Of a DNA stretch of 44,494 nucleotides, positions 9,556-19,218 are shown piece by piece. The stretch covers positions 1-44,494 of the forward strand of contig JASFTK010000002.1 of the NCBI GenBank assembly GCA_050053595.1, read 5' to 3'. The notes beneath the pieces were generated by a model that worked only from the letters and a program-made list of their open reading frames with translations, was not told where the DNA came from and made no database searches. The stretch is from Candidatus Bathyarchaeota archaeon (GTDB lineage Archaea; Thermoproteota; Bathyarchaeia; TCS64). The first letter of the stretch is position 1. Each line of letters starts with the position of its first letter. Position numbers and translations under genes: made by a program.

Positions 9556-10560
9556 ATGATCCTACCAGAAGGCCGGTCCCTGGAGCTATCTCAAGAGCTG
9601 ATGGAGGGGGCTATAGACATCCATGTGCACGCAGGCCCCCATATCTTCAGCAGCCCCCGGCGGGTTGATCCCTTCCAGGCTGCGGTACAGGCCAGGGATG
9701 CAGGTATGCGGGCTATAGTCTTTATGGACGTCTTCGAGATGAGCAACGGCACCGCTTGGCTGGTGAACCGGGCTGTCCCCGACTTTGAGACTTATGGGGG
9801 CATCATACTGAACACCGTCTACGGCGGGATGAACCCCCGCGCCGTCAAGACCGCTCTCCGCTACGGCGACGGTGCTAAGTATGTCAGCTTTGGAGCCCAC
9901 TCCACTCATTTCCAAGCCGCCCGGGAGGGTCGGCTCGTGGACGGCGAGTTCGTCCCCCTAAGCGAGCTCTACCCCAAGTTCAAGGAGGAGGAGCTCGACC
10001 GCTGTATCCGGATCCCCCTGGATGAAGGACCCGGCCTGGAGCTCGATGAGATCCTCACCCTCATCGCAGAGAACCCTGACACCTACATGATCACCGGCCA
10101 TGTCTCAGTTGAGGAGGCGGTGCGTCTAGTGGATCTGGCCGGGGAGTACGGTATAGGCAGGGTGGTGGTCTCAGGCGCGGTCGCCAAGATCGCCCCGTTG
10201 GAGACCCTCAGGCGGATGGCCGACCAAGGGGCCTTCATCGAGTACACCTTCGCCGCGTACACCCACACCACCAGCATCCCCAAGACCCACTACTATGTGG
10301 AACGGGAGTACGCATCCATCGACGAGGGGATGAGGGAGGAGCCTGGGGGCGGGGTGAGAGAGGTTGCGGAGCAGATCCGGACGCTGGGGGCTGAGCGGTG
10401 TATCATCGCCACCGATTTCGGCGTCTACACCCTCCCGGAGCCTGTGGAAGGGTTCAGGGAGTTCATCGCCTGCCTGCTCGACCTCGGGATCCCCCAGGAG
10501 GACATAGGCAAGCTCGTGAAGGAGAACCCTGAGACCCTCCTCGGCCTCAATGAGAACTAG
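9556..10560 (+). CDS. TIM-barrel metal-dependent hydrolase (amidohydrolase superfamily, uncharacterised subfamily)
   Basis: The N-terminal AIDIHVHAGPH (HxH metal motif) followed by alternating beta/alpha-like segments over about 330 aa. No specific family assigned. Confidence 0.5.
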   Translation: MILPEGRSLELSQELMEGAIDIHVHAGPHIFSSPRRVDPFQAAVQARDAGMRAIVFMDVFEMSNGTAWLVNRAVPDFETYGGIILNTVYGGMNPRAVKTALRYGDGAKYVSFGAHSTHFQAAREGRLVDGEFVPLSELYPKFKEEELDRCIRIPLDEGPGLELDEILTLIAENPDTYMITGHVSVEEAVRLVDLAGEYGIGRVVVSGAVAKIAPLETLRRMADQGAFIEYTFAAYTHTTSIPKTHYYVEREYASIDEGMREEPGGGVREVAEQIRTLGAERCIIATDFGVYTLPEPVEGFREFIACLLDLGIPQEDIGKLVKENPETLLGLNEN

Positions 10561-10629
10561 GAGTTGAAGAAACCCATATAATGTCGGTGGGGGTTAGATC
10601 GGCTGTACCCCTCCAAGGAACGTAGAACG

Positions 10630-11349
10630 ATGCCCGGTGAACGCCCAGAAAAAACCTCGGTCCCCCTGTACGCTGAGGACAGCTACCTCAGGGAGTTTGA
10701 CGCCTTGGTCGTAAGGTCGGGCCCCAAGTTTGTGATCCTCGACCGCACCGCCTTCTACCCCGAGTCCGGGGGGCAGCCCTCCGATACCGGGGTCCTACTG
10801 CACAAGGGGGATGAGATCGGGGTCCGTAAGGTGATGAAGAGGGGAGGAGACATCTACCACTACACCACCGGGGATATCCCCCGAGGCGACAGCGTCCACG
10901 GGGTCATCGACTGGGAGCCCCGATTCTTCAACATGCGCCGGCACAGCGCCGAGCACCTCCTCACAGGCCTCTTCGAGGACGCTGGTGCGGGCCCCAAGGT
11001 CTACTCCGATCTGGAACGCCTTGAGTTCAAACCCTCCACCCTTGACCAAGAGACCGTTGAGCGGGTTGGCGCCCGGTTCAACGAGATCGTGGACCAGGAT
11101 GTCCCGGTGAGGATCTACTTTGAGGACAGGGAGGATCTGGATGTGGAGGGGGATGAGAGGAAGAGGGTCTTCCTGGAGAATATACCCCAGAGGGTCGAGA
11201 AGCTCAGGATGGTGGACATCTCGGGCCACGCCCTCACCTTCTGCTTCGGCACCCACGTCGGGAGCACCGGGGAGTTAGGGCACTTAGCCAGCCTTGAGAT
11301 GGTGGAGCACAGGAAGCAGAGGAAGGCCGTCCACTTCACCCTCGAATAG
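10630..11349 (+). CDS. alaX: alanyl-tRNA editing protein AlaX (AlaX-M type)
   Basis: FYPESGGQPSD, the zinc motif HSAEHLL and the second motif CFGTHV are typical of the AlaRS editing domain. Length is 239 aa. Confidence 0.8.
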   Translation: MPGERPEKTSVPLYAEDSYLREFDALVVRSGPKFVILDRTAFYPESGGQPSDTGVLLHKGDEIGVRKVMKRGGDIYHYTTGDIPRGDSVHGVIDWEPRFFNMRRHSAEHLLTGLFEDAGAGPKVYSDLERLEFKPSTLDQETVERVGARFNEIVDQDVPVRIYFEDREDLDVEGDERKRVFLENIPQRVEKLRMVDISGHALTFCFGTHVGSTGELGHLASLEMVEHRKQRKAVHFTLE

Positions 11350-11444
11350 GGCCTATTAAACCTCAGAGAGCTGGGGGTCTGGTGCGTGTCGTTTTCAATA
11401 CGTTAATAAGATCATGCAGATGTCAATTGAATAGTGTAAATACG

Positions 11445-11996
11445 ATGAACGGTTGGTATTTGCTTTTAGGCATCGGTGTGGTGTTAGCCGTCCTCGTGGG
11501 CTGGTTCATCAGCTACTACAATCGGATAAGGGTTCTCGCTAACCGGATCGAGGAGGCTTGGGCTCAGATAGATGTCCAGCTCCAGAAGCGCTACGACCTG
11601 GTGCCCAACCTCGTCGAGACTGTGAAGGGATACGCTGCCCATGAGAGGGAGATCTTCGAGAGCATCGCTGAGGCCCGGGCGGGGATGGTAAAGGGGAGCC
11701 GGGGGGAGCGGATGGAGGCCTCCAACGCCCTGACCGGGGCCCTGGGCCGGCTGTTCGCGGTGGCCGAGGCCTATCCTGATCTCAAGGCTGCGGAGAACTT
11801 CAAACTGTTCCAGGAGCAGCTTGAGGGTATCGAGAACAAGATCGCCTACGCCCGTCAGTTCTATAATAGTAGCGTCCTCACGTTCAACAACCTGATTACG
11901 ACCATCCCCGGCGTCTGGTTCGCGGGTGGGAGGTCTAAGCATGAGTTCTTTGAAACCCCCGAGGAGGCCCGTGAGCCTCCTAAAGTGGAGTTCTGA
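11445..11996 (+). CDS. lemA: LemA family membrane protein
   Basis: An N-terminal TM helix is followed by YNR...L.N.IEEAWAQIDVQLQKRYDLVPNLVETVKGYAAHE, the LemA signature. A GTTAATAA box at 11402-11409 lies inside the track's GTG-11382 extension, which favours ATG 11445. Confidence 0.85.
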   Translation: MNGWYLLLGIGVVLAVLVGWFISYYNRIRVLANRIEEAWAQIDVQLQKRYDLVPNLVETVKGYAAHEREIFESIAEARAGMVKGSRGERMEASNALTGALGRLFAVAEAYPDLKAAENFKLFQEQLEGIENKIAYARQFYNSSVLTFNNLITTIPGVWFAGGRSKHEFFETPEEAREPPKVEF

Positions 11997-12904
11997 TGGA
12001 TAGACGCAGCTTTCACGACGAGATAGCTAAGAACAAGCGGAGCTCTCTCCTCTTAGCCTCAACCCTCACCATCTTCATTATCATCCTCGCTTACACCATA
12101 GCGTACCTCTTCGCCCCTGAGTACCTCATAGTGGTGCTCCCCGTCACCCTCCTCGTCATGATCGGGTACAGCTACTCCTCCTGGATGTACGGGGACCAGG
12201 TTGTACTGAGTGCAACGGGGGCTAAACCCGCTGAAGGCCGGGAGCACCTCTACCTCAGGGACACGGTGGAAGGTCTCAGCATCGCCGCAGGGATCCCACC
12301 CCCCAAAGTCTACGTGGTCCCCAGCGACGAGATCAACGCCTTTGCGACAGGCCGGGATCCCGAGCACGCCAGCGTCGCCGTTACCCAGGGCCTCGTGGAC
12401 GCCTTGGACCGTCAGGAGCTTGAGGGGGTCCTCGCCCACGAGATGAGCCACATCAGGAACCGGGATATCACCTTCATGACCTTGGTCGCCGTCCTAGTTG
12501 GCTTAACAGCGATCCTCAGCCATATCATCCTCAGGACCTACAGGTATGGGGGTCTGAGGGGTAGGAGGGGGAGGCGGGAGAAGGGTGGGCGCCTTGAGAC
12601 CGCCATCCTGATAGTAGGGTTCTTCCTCGCGATATTCGCCCCCATCCTCACCAGGATAGTCCAGTTCGCCGTCTCAAGACGCAGAGAGTTCTTAGCGGAC
12701 GCCTCAGGGGCCGAGCTCACCCGCTACCCGGATGGCCTCGCGTCAGCGTTGGAGAAGATCATGCATCACAACACGGGGGAGATGAATGTCAGCGAGGCGG
12801 TTAGCCATCTGTTTATCTCAGACCCCAACAGGAGCCCCCTGGACAGCCTCTACGCCACCCACCCCCCCATCGAGGAGCGGATCCGTAGGCTCAGGGCTAT
12901 GTAA
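11996..12904 (+). CDS. htpX: M48 family zinc metalloprotease HtpX
   Basis: HEMSHIRNRD (HExxH) and four TM segments. The start overlaps the lemA stop (TGATG), the classic LemA-HtpX pair. Confidence 0.85.
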   Translation: MDRRSFHDEIAKNKRSSLLLASTLTIFIIILAYTIAYLFAPEYLIVVLPVTLLVMIGYSYSSWMYGDQVVLSATGAKPAEGREHLYLRDTVEGLSIAAGIPPPKVYVVPSDEINAFATGRDPEHASVAVTQGLVDALDRQELEGVLAHEMSHIRNRDITFMTLVAVLVGLTAILSHIILRTYRYGGLRGRRGRREKGGRLETAILIVGFFLAIFAPILTRIVQFAVSRRREFLADASGAELTRYPDGLASALEKIMHHNTGEMNVSEAVSHLFISDPNRSPLDSLYATHPPIEERIRRLRAM

Positions 12905-12980
12905 GCCCCACAGGAACACTGCGTTCTGGGAAGGTCTTAAAACGGCGCGCGACGGAGAACCAGCAAGGAGAATCCCTAGT

Positions 12981-14147
12981 TTGAACTTTGAGAGTCATGT
13001 GGATGGGAGAGGGGCCATCGAACTGATGAAGGATCTCGTGGAGATCAACTCCGTGAACCCAACCCTAGTCCCCGGTGCCCCGGGGGAGGCCGAGATAGCA
13101 GAGTATATCGGCGGTTACATGGAATCGCTGGGCCTTGAGACCCGGCTTGAGGAGGTTGCACCCGGGAGGGTCAACGCCGTCGGTGTCCTCAAGGGCGTGG
13201 GTGGGGGGTCTTCCCTGATGCTGAATGGACACACCGACACCGTGGGCATCGATTACATGGAGATTGACCCGTTGGACCCCGTGGTGAAGGAGGGCAGGAT
13301 GTACGGGAGGGGCACAGACGATATGAAGGGGGGCCTCGCCGCGATGCTCTCAGCCGCGGAGGCCGTCGTCGACTCCGGGGAGGAGCTGAAAGGGGACTTG
13401 GTGGTTGCCGCGGTCTGTGATGAGGAGTACGCGAGCATCGGCACTGAGCGACTCATGGAGGGGGTGAAGACCGACGCCGCCATCGTCGGGGAACCCACGG
13501 AGTTCCTGATCCTCGTCGCCCACAAGGGCTTCGCTTGGATCGATGTCGAGACCCGCGGGGTCGCCGCCCACGGGAGCGCCTGGCAGGTGGGCGTGGATGC
13601 CATAGCCAAGATGGGGAAGGTCCAGGTGGGCCTTGAGAGGCTCCAGGAAGGGGTCCTGAAGGAGCGGACCCACAGGCTGGTTGGGTCCTCATCGGTCCAC
13701 TCCTCCACCATCCACGGCGGCAGGGAGCTCAGCACCTACCCCGACCACTGCAAGCTCCAGGTCGAGAGGCGACTCATCCCGGGGGAGAAAAGGGGCGACG
13801 TCGAGGCCGAGATGACTGAGCTCCTTGGATCAATCTCGCAGAAGGACCCCAAGTTCGACGGGAGTTACGAGATCACCTTCTACCGTGCCCCGCTGGAGGT
13901 CTCTGAGGACGAGGAGATATGCAGGGTGCTCAGGGAGTGCGCTGAGGAGGTGAGGGGCGAGGAGACCCACTTCATCGGCGGATCAGGCTGGATGGACACC
14001 CAGATCATCACCGACAAGGGCACCCCCGCCGTCGCCTTCGGCCCCATCGGCTCAGGGGCCCACGCTGCCGTGGAGTACATCGAACTCGATTCAGTGGTCG
14101 ACGCCGCCAGGGTCTACGAGAGGGTCATCCACAGATTTTGCGGCTGA
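12981..14147 (+). CDS. M20 family metallopeptidase (ArgE/DapE/acetylornithine deacetylase-like)
   Basis: LMLNGHTDTV, GRGTDDMKGG and a dimerisation-domain pattern. The start is uncertain: TTG 12981 (AAGGAG lies 10 nt upstream), GTG 12999 or ATG 13026. The track start 12786 overlaps htpX and is rejected. Confidence 0.75.
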   Translation: MNFESHVDGRGAIELMKDLVEINSVNPTLVPGAPGEAEIAEYIGGYMESLGLETRLEEVAPGRVNAVGVLKGVGGGSSLMLNGHTDTVGIDYMEIDPLDPVVKEGRMYGRGTDDMKGGLAAMLSAAEAVVDSGEELKGDLVVAAVCDEEYASIGTERLMEGVKTDAAIVGEPTEFLILVAHKGFAWIDVETRGVAAHGSAWQVGVDAIAKMGKVQVGLERLQEGVLKERTHRLVGSSSVHSSTIHGGRELSTYPDHCKLQVERRLIPGEKRGDVEAEMTELLGSISQKDPKFDGSYEITFYRAPLEVSEDEEICRVLRECAEEVRGEETHFIGGSGWMDTQIITDKGTPAVAFGPIGSGAHAAVEYIELDSVVDAARVYERVIHRFCG

Positions 14148-14162
14148 CCCCGCCATAGCAGG

Positions 14163-14172
14163 TTTTTTCTTT
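14163..14172 (+). terminator. oligo-T tract (TTTTTTCTTT) after the M20 peptidase gene
   Basis: It lies 16 nt after TGA 14145-14147 and is followed by TTATTAA, a possible TATA box for the next gene. Confidence 0.35.
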
Positions 14173-14198
14173 ATTAATCCTCCATTAAACCCGAGGTA

Positions 14199-15851
14199 TT
14201 GTCTTTGAAGGTGAAAGCTGCGAACGGGCTGGTCAGGATACTCAAGGCTGAGGGGGTGACGGAGGTCTGCACCTTCCCAAGCACCCTCTTCAACAACGCA
14301 TGCGGCGAGGAGGGCCTCCCTAACTTCATGGTGAGGGACGAGAGATACGCCGTCGCTGTGGCAGACGGCATCTCAAGGGTCTCCAATGGTAGACGCTTTG
14401 GGGTCTGCTCCGCGATGGGCGCCCTGAACCCCGCGGGGATACAGATGGCATATGGCGCCCTCGCCCAGGCCTACGAGGACTCCTCCCCTGTCCTCTGCCT
14501 TACCGACGGGGTACCTCTAGGGTCAGTGGGGCGTCCGCGGTATGATATCGACGACGCCTTCAGGAGCGTCACCAAGTGGAGCGGATACATCAACAAGGCT
14601 GAACGGGTCCCCGAGTTCATGAGGAGGGCTGTCACCCATCTCAAGAGCGGTCGCCCGGGTCCCGTCCTCCTACAGCTCCCCCGGGGGTTAGGCGAGTACG
14701 ATGAGGGGGAGTTCCCCTACACCCCTGTGGAGGGATGGAAGACCATGGCCGACCCCCGGGATGTCAAGATCGCCGTCAGGGCACTCCGCAGCGCCGGGGA
14801 CCCCCTCATCATCGCCGGTCAGGGCATATTCTACGCAGATGCCTGCGAGGAGCTCCTCACCTTCGCGGAGCTGGTGGAGGCCCCTGTCCTCACCACGTTG
14901 AAGGGGAAGAGCTGCTTCCCTGAGGACCATCCCCTCTCCCTCGGGGTCCGGGGGGAGCCCGCTGAGCGGTTCCTCCGTAAGTCGGACCTCATCTTCGCCG
15001 TGGGCTACGGCCTCTCCACCACCCATTTCAGCCACACCATCCCAGACGCCGCCGGGAAGAAGATCGTCCAGTGCGTCGTCGAGGAGTCCGATGTCAACCG
15101 CAGGTACAGGACAGACCACGCGGTCATAGGGGACGCCAGACTGGTCTTGAGGCAGCTCATCAGCGAGGTCGAGGAGCAGGGGGCCCCGAAGAAGAAAGGG
15201 GTCACTGAGGAGATCGTCGTCGCCAAGAGGGAGAAGATGGAGAAGTACGGCCCCCTCATGGGGTCAGATGAGACCCCCATCAACCCCTACAGGGTCTACG
15301 CGGAGATAATGGGGACGGTGGACCGCCGGAACAGCTTCGTGACCCACGAATCCGGGAACACCAGGGACCAGCTGAGCACCGTCTACGAAGCCCTGATCCC
15401 CCACGGCTTCATGGGTTGGGGCAACGTCTCAACCCTAGGATTCGGCCTCGGTGCCGCTATGGGGGCCAAACTGGCGATGCCCGACCGCCAGGTAGTGGGG
15501 GTCACCGGGGACGCCGGCTTCGGCTATCAGGTGGGGAACTATGAAGCCCTGGTAAGGAACGGGATGGGGGTCACCCTCGTCCACATCAACAACTCAGGCT
15601 TCGCAGGCTACGGACCAGGCTTCTGGGGCCCCGGCCACAACCCCTACACCGCCGACGTCACCCCGTCGGACATAGTGAACACCGCCAAGACCGTAGAAGG
15701 CATCGGGATCCACTCAGAGAGGGTCTGTGACCCCGACGAGATAGCCCCGGCCCTCAAACGGGCTCTGAAGGTGAATGCCTCGGGAAGACCGGCCTTCATC
15801 GAGGTCATCTGCTGCAAGTATCCCGTCTACGGCGACTGGTTGAGGGGATAA
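14199..15851 (+). CDS. thiamine-diphosphate-dependent enzyme (acetolactate synthase large-subunit-like)
   Basis: The N-terminal Pyr domain (GLVRILKAEGVTEVCTFPS) and the TPP-binding motif GDAGFGYQ...NNSGF. Length is 550 aa. TTG/GTG start candidates lie at 14199, 14205 and 14211. No small subunit is nearby. Confidence 0.75.
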   Translation: MSLKVKAANGLVRILKAEGVTEVCTFPSTLFNNACGEEGLPNFMVRDERYAVAVADGISRVSNGRRFGVCSAMGALNPAGIQMAYGALAQAYEDSSPVLCLTDGVPLGSVGRPRYDIDDAFRSVTKWSGYINKAERVPEFMRRAVTHLKSGRPGPVLLQLPRGLGEYDEGEFPYTPVEGWKTMADPRDVKIAVRALRSAGDPLIIAGQGIFYADACEELLTFAELVEAPVLTTLKGKSCFPEDHPLSLGVRGEPAERFLRKSDLIFAVGYGLSTTHFSHTIPDAAGKKIVQCVVEESDVNRRYRTDHAVIGDARLVLRQLISEVEEQGAPKKKGVTEEIVVAKREKMEKYGPLMGSDETPINPYRVYAEIMGTVDRRNSFVTHESGNTRDQLSTVYEALIPHGFMGWGNVSTLGFGLGAAMGAKLAMPDRQVVGVTGDAGFGYQVGNYEALVRNGMGVTLVHINNSGFAGYGPGFWGPGHNPYTADVTPSDIVNTAKTVEGIGIHSERVCDPDEIAPALKRALKVNASGRPAFIEVICCKYPVYGDWLRG

Positions 15852-15958
15852 CCTCCCAGGGTGACACCCTCAATCGGACATAAGAGCTAGCTTAACTGTA
15901 TAAAAATAGAGAAAAAAGTCTAGGGTGATCCTCCTCTGACGGCGTCTCGGTATCCCGT

Positions 15959-17209
15959 TCACCTGTTGAGGTCAGGGTACATCCCTTTCACCCTGTTGAC
16001 GCTCATATCGATCCGTTCCTGGGGTAACTCGTAGGGCTTCAGATTCCCCGAGATGTAGTCGTCGTATGCCTCCATGTCGAAGTGGCCGTGGCCGCAGAGC
16101 AGGAACAGCAGGGTCTTCTCCTCCCCCGTCTCCCGGCAGTGGATGGCCTCGTCCACCACAGCCTTGATGGCGTGGGATGGCTCGGGTGCGGGGACGATCC
16201 CCTCCGTCCTGGTGAACAGCGCCGCAGCGTTGAATGTCTCCAGCTGGTCGTACGCCCTGACCCCCACCTCCCCTGCATCCACCATGAGGCTGATGGTAGG
16301 GGCCATACCGTGGTACCTGAGGCCCCCGGCATGGATGGGGGCGGGGATGAAGTCGTGGCCCAGGGTGTGCATGAGCACAAGGGGGATGATCCGCCCCGTG
16401 TCGCCGTGGTCGTAGATGTACTCCCCGGCGGTCAAGCTGGGGCATGCAGTCGACTCCACCGCGGTGAACTTTACCTCCTTCATTGTCCTCCCTTTGATCT
16501 TGTCATAGTAGAAGGGCTCGAAGAGCCCGGCGAAGCTGCTGCCCCCGCCGACGCAGCCGAATATGTGGTCGGGGTATTCCTCGACCCTCAACAACTGTTC
16601 CTTGGCTTCTTGGCCGATGACCGTCTGGTGCATCAACACATGGTTGAGGACGCTACCCAGGCTGTACTTGGCGCTCTCGTCACTGAGGCAGGCCTCGACG
16701 GCCTCGCTTATCGCGATGCCCAGGCTGCCCGTGTTATCCGGTTCCTCTGCCAGTATCTTCTTACCCACCTCGGTGCGGTCGCTGGGGCTAGGGTGGACAT
16801 CTGCTCCATAGAGCTGCATCATGACCCGCCTGTAGGGCTTTTGGTCGTAGCTGATGCGGACCATATAGACCTCGACGTCGACGTCAAAGAAGGCGCCTCC
16901 GAAGGCCAGGGAGCTACCCCACTGGCCGGCCCCCGTCTCGGTCGTCAGCTTCTCGGTACCCTCTTTCATGTTGTAATAGGCTTGGGCCACCGCCGTGTTG
17001 GGCTTGTGGCTCCCCGGTGGGCTGACGCCCTCATACTTGTAGTAGATCTTCGCGGGGGTCTTCAGCGCCTCCTCAAGTCCCCTCGCCCTGTACATCGGGG
17101 TGGGTCTCCAGAGACGGTATACGTCCCGTATCTCTTCCGGTATCTGTACATATCGATCTCCACACATCTCCTGCTTGAGAAGTTCCCCCGGGAAGATGGC
17201 CTCGAGCAT
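15959..17209 (-). CDS. trpB2: TrpB2-type tryptophan synthase beta-like PLP enzyme (true N-terminus probably upstream of 17209)
   Basis: [16 protein letters not shown]...[22 protein letters not shown]...[11 protein letters not shown] are TrpB2 signatures. The same frame stays open to 17377 and encodes the conserved TrpB2 leader ([18 protein letters not shown]) without any ATG/GTG/TTG. See findings. Confidence 0.85.
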   Translation of the reverse strand: MLEAIFPGELLKQEMCGDRYVQIPEEIRDVYRLWRPTPMYRARGLEEALKTPAKIYYKYEGVSPPGSHKPNTAVAQAYYNMKEGTEKLTTETGAGQWGSSLAFGGAFFDVDVEVYMVRISYDQKPYRRVMMQLYGADVHPSPSDRTEVGKKILAEEPDNTGSLGIAISEAVEACLSDESAKYSLGSVLNHVLMHQTVIGQEAKEQLLRVEEYPDHIFGCVGGGSSFAGLFEPFYYDKIKGRTMKEVKFTAVESTACPSLTAGEYIYDHGDTGRIIPLVLMHTLGHDFIPAPIHAGGLRYHGMAPTISLMVDAGEVGVRAYDQLETFNAAALFTRTEGIVPAPEPSHAIKAVVDEAIHCRETGEEKTLLFLLCGHGHFDMEAYDDYISGNLKPYELPQERIDMSVNRVKGMYPDLNR

Positions 17210-17514
17210 CTTGGGATCTATGGGCTTGAGGGTCTCCGGGTTGAGTATTGGTTGCAGGGGCTTAGGGAGGTCGGGTAGAATACAGTACCATTTCTTGGGA
17301 ATCTCTTCCTCCGTCAGGAGGATCTTCCTGTCCAGTCCGAGTGATACACACTCATACCTCCAATATGGGTAATCCCTTTACCCCTTCCACGACTTATAAC
17401 AATTTTGTACTCGAAACAATCCTAAATATAGACACTTAAAAGTCACTCCCAAAAAATCATCACAGTTACACCACTCTTAGCCAGTTGACGCATAGATAGC
17501 TGACCGGATCAATA

Positions 17515-19191
17515 ATGAAAAAGAAAATTGCAGTTATCATAACTTTTCTACTGCTAACCCCCTTCTTACATCACTCGTTCTTGGCATCCGCAGCGACAGA
17601 GGGGGAGATCCAGCACTCAATAAACCAGGGCCTCGCTTGGCTCACATCGCAGCAAAACCCCGACGGGAGCTGGGGCGCAAACAATTGGGAGATGACCGCG
17701 GTCACAGTTTTCTCCCTCATCAAGCTCCAGGACCGTGCTTATGAGCTGGAGTATGAGTCTCCCTTCGACCCCATGTACAACTACTCCGAGAATGTCGTGG
17801 ACGGATGGGGCTTCGTCTTCTCCACGCTGAACTTGACCCCCCTCTATGTCGCAGCCCAGAACCTCAGCGTCCAGACCCACGGAGCGTCATTGGATGACCC
17901 CGACACGAACGGCAACAGCATAGGCGTCTATTTCCACAACCCCAACATCCACTATACTTGCTACACCACGGGGCTCACCCTCATGGCTCTTGAGGCCAGC
18001 GGGACCCCGGGAAGGCTGAACGACGGCGGGCTCGACATGGACAACGACGGCTCCACCGACACATTCGAAGAGCTAGCTCAGGACGCCGCCGACTGGCTAG
18101 CCTTCGCTCAGGGCGACTCCGGGAACGACTTGGGGGGCTGGGGATACGGCGCCCTCGACAATCAGGAGGAGAACGACTGGACCGACAACTCCAACAGCGG
18201 ATACGTCGTCTTGGGACTCGCAGCGGCCGAGGGGTTCGGGTGCAGCGTCCCCGACTGGGTCAAGACCGAGCTCAGCAAATGGATCGACGTCATCCAGGAC
18301 CCCGTTGACAGCGACACCGACGACGGAGGCTCATGGTACAATCCCGACTGGGTGGACCTACACTGGGTCAATGAGCTCAAGACGGGGAACCTCATCTTCG
18401 AGATGACCTTCGTAGGTGACGACGACTCCATCCTCAGGTTTCAGGATGCCCTCGACTACATCAACAGGCACTGGATGGACCTGAACGTCGACCCGGGCTG
18501 GGGGTACAATCAGACCCCTGCAGGCTACCAGCCCATGTTTACCCTCATGAAGGGATTCGAGTACAGCCAGATACCCCTCATCGACCTCGACAACGACACC
18601 GTCCCGGAGCACGACTGGTACCAAGAGTTCGCCCAGGTCATCGTGGACCAGCAGAACCTCGACGGGTCATGGCCCCCCAGCATCTGGGGTGACAACCTAC
18701 TCTCGACCCTATGGGCGCTCCTCACCCTCGAGAAGGTCGCCCCGCCGCCCCCCGTCATCGACATCTACGTCGACATAAAGCCGGGTAGCTGGCCCAACCC
18801 CATCAACAAGCGTAGCAGGGGGGTGATCCCTGTCGCCATATGCGGCACCGAAGATTTCGATGTGACCACCATCGACCCAGCCTCGGTGAGACTCCACGTA
18901 GAGGGCGTCGAAGAGGGGGTTCCACCCCTCCGCTGGAGCTACGAGGACGTCGCGACCCCTTACACCGGGGACCCCGGCGGGGGCCACGAGATGAAAGGCG
19001 ACGGGTTCGCGGACTTGGTCTTACACTTCAAGACCCCCGAGGCCGTGGAGACCCTGGAGCTCTGCATCTACGAGGACGAGACGATACCCCTCACCATCAT
19101 GGGGAACCTGCACGAAGAGTTCGACGGCACTAAGATCATGGGCCAGGACTACGTCTGGCTCAAGTCACCTAAAGGCAAGGGAAAAGGCTAA
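17515..19191 (+). CDS. secreted protein with terpenoid-cyclase/prenyltransferase-like QW repeats, acidic loops and a C-terminal beta-domain
   Basis: Signal peptide MKKKIAVIITFLLLTPFLHHSFLASA. QW-type repeats at GLAWLTSQQNPDGSWG, DWLAFAQGDSGNDLGGWGY and VIVDQQNLDGSWP. Asp-rich DMDNDGSTD. The C-terminal block is YVDIKPGSWPNPINKRSRGVIPVAICGTEDFDV. Confidence 0.6.
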   Translation: MKKKIAVIITFLLLTPFLHHSFLASAATEGEIQHSINQGLAWLTSQQNPDGSWGANNWEMTAVTVFSLIKLQDRAYELEYESPFDPMYNYSENVVDGWGFVFSTLNLTPLYVAAQNLSVQTHGASLDDPDTNGNSIGVYFHNPNIHYTCYTTGLTLMALEASGTPGRLNDGGLDMDNDGSTDTFEELAQDAADWLAFAQGDSGNDLGGWGYGALDNQEENDWTDNSNSGYVVLGLAAAEGFGCSVPDWVKTELSKWIDVIQDPVDSDTDDGGSWYNPDWVDLHWVNELKTGNLIFEMTFVGDDDSILRFQDALDYINRHWMDLNVDPGWGYNQTPAGYQPMFTLMKGFEYSQIPLIDLDNDTVPEHDWYQEFAQVIVDQQNLDGSWPPSIWGDNLLSTLWALLTLEKVAPPPPVIDIYVDIKPGSWPNPINKRSRGVIPVAICGTEDFDVTTIDPASVRLHVEGVEEGVPPLRWSYEDVATPYTGDPGGGHEMKGDGFADLVLHFKTPEAVETLELCIYEDETIPLTIMGNLHEEFDGTKIMGQDYVWLKSPKGKGKG

Positions 19192-19208
19192 CTCGCCCCC
19201 GACTCTCC

Positions 19209-19218
19209 TTTTTTATTT
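19209..19218 (+). terminator. oligo-T tract (TTTTTTATTT) after the secreted-protein gene
   Basis: It starts 18 nt after TAA 19189-19191 and overlaps the last codons of the convergent pyruvate kinase gene. Confidence 0.3.

Noticed and set aside
12786-12980. N-terminal extension of the M20 peptidase ORF, overlapping htpX by about 120 nt
   Set aside because: The extension (MSARRLAICLSQTPTGAPW...) is an alternative frame of the htpX 3' end and the spacer. M20 homology begins around IELMKDLVEINS.
15852-15958. Palindromes (AGGGTGACACCCT, AGCTAGCT) in the convergent spacer between the TPP enzyme and trpB2
   Set aside because: The stems are too short or the loop is 1 nt, so no stable hairpin forms. 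An oligo-T tract on the minus strand (15912-15929 region) already explains trpB2 termination.
16082-17278. 398-aa ORF on the + strand, antisense to trpB2
   Set aside because: Its composition (Gly/Pro/Arg/Val/His-rich) is low-complexity and typical of stop-free antisense frames in GC-rich DNA. The opposite strand encodes a clearly recognisable TrpB2.
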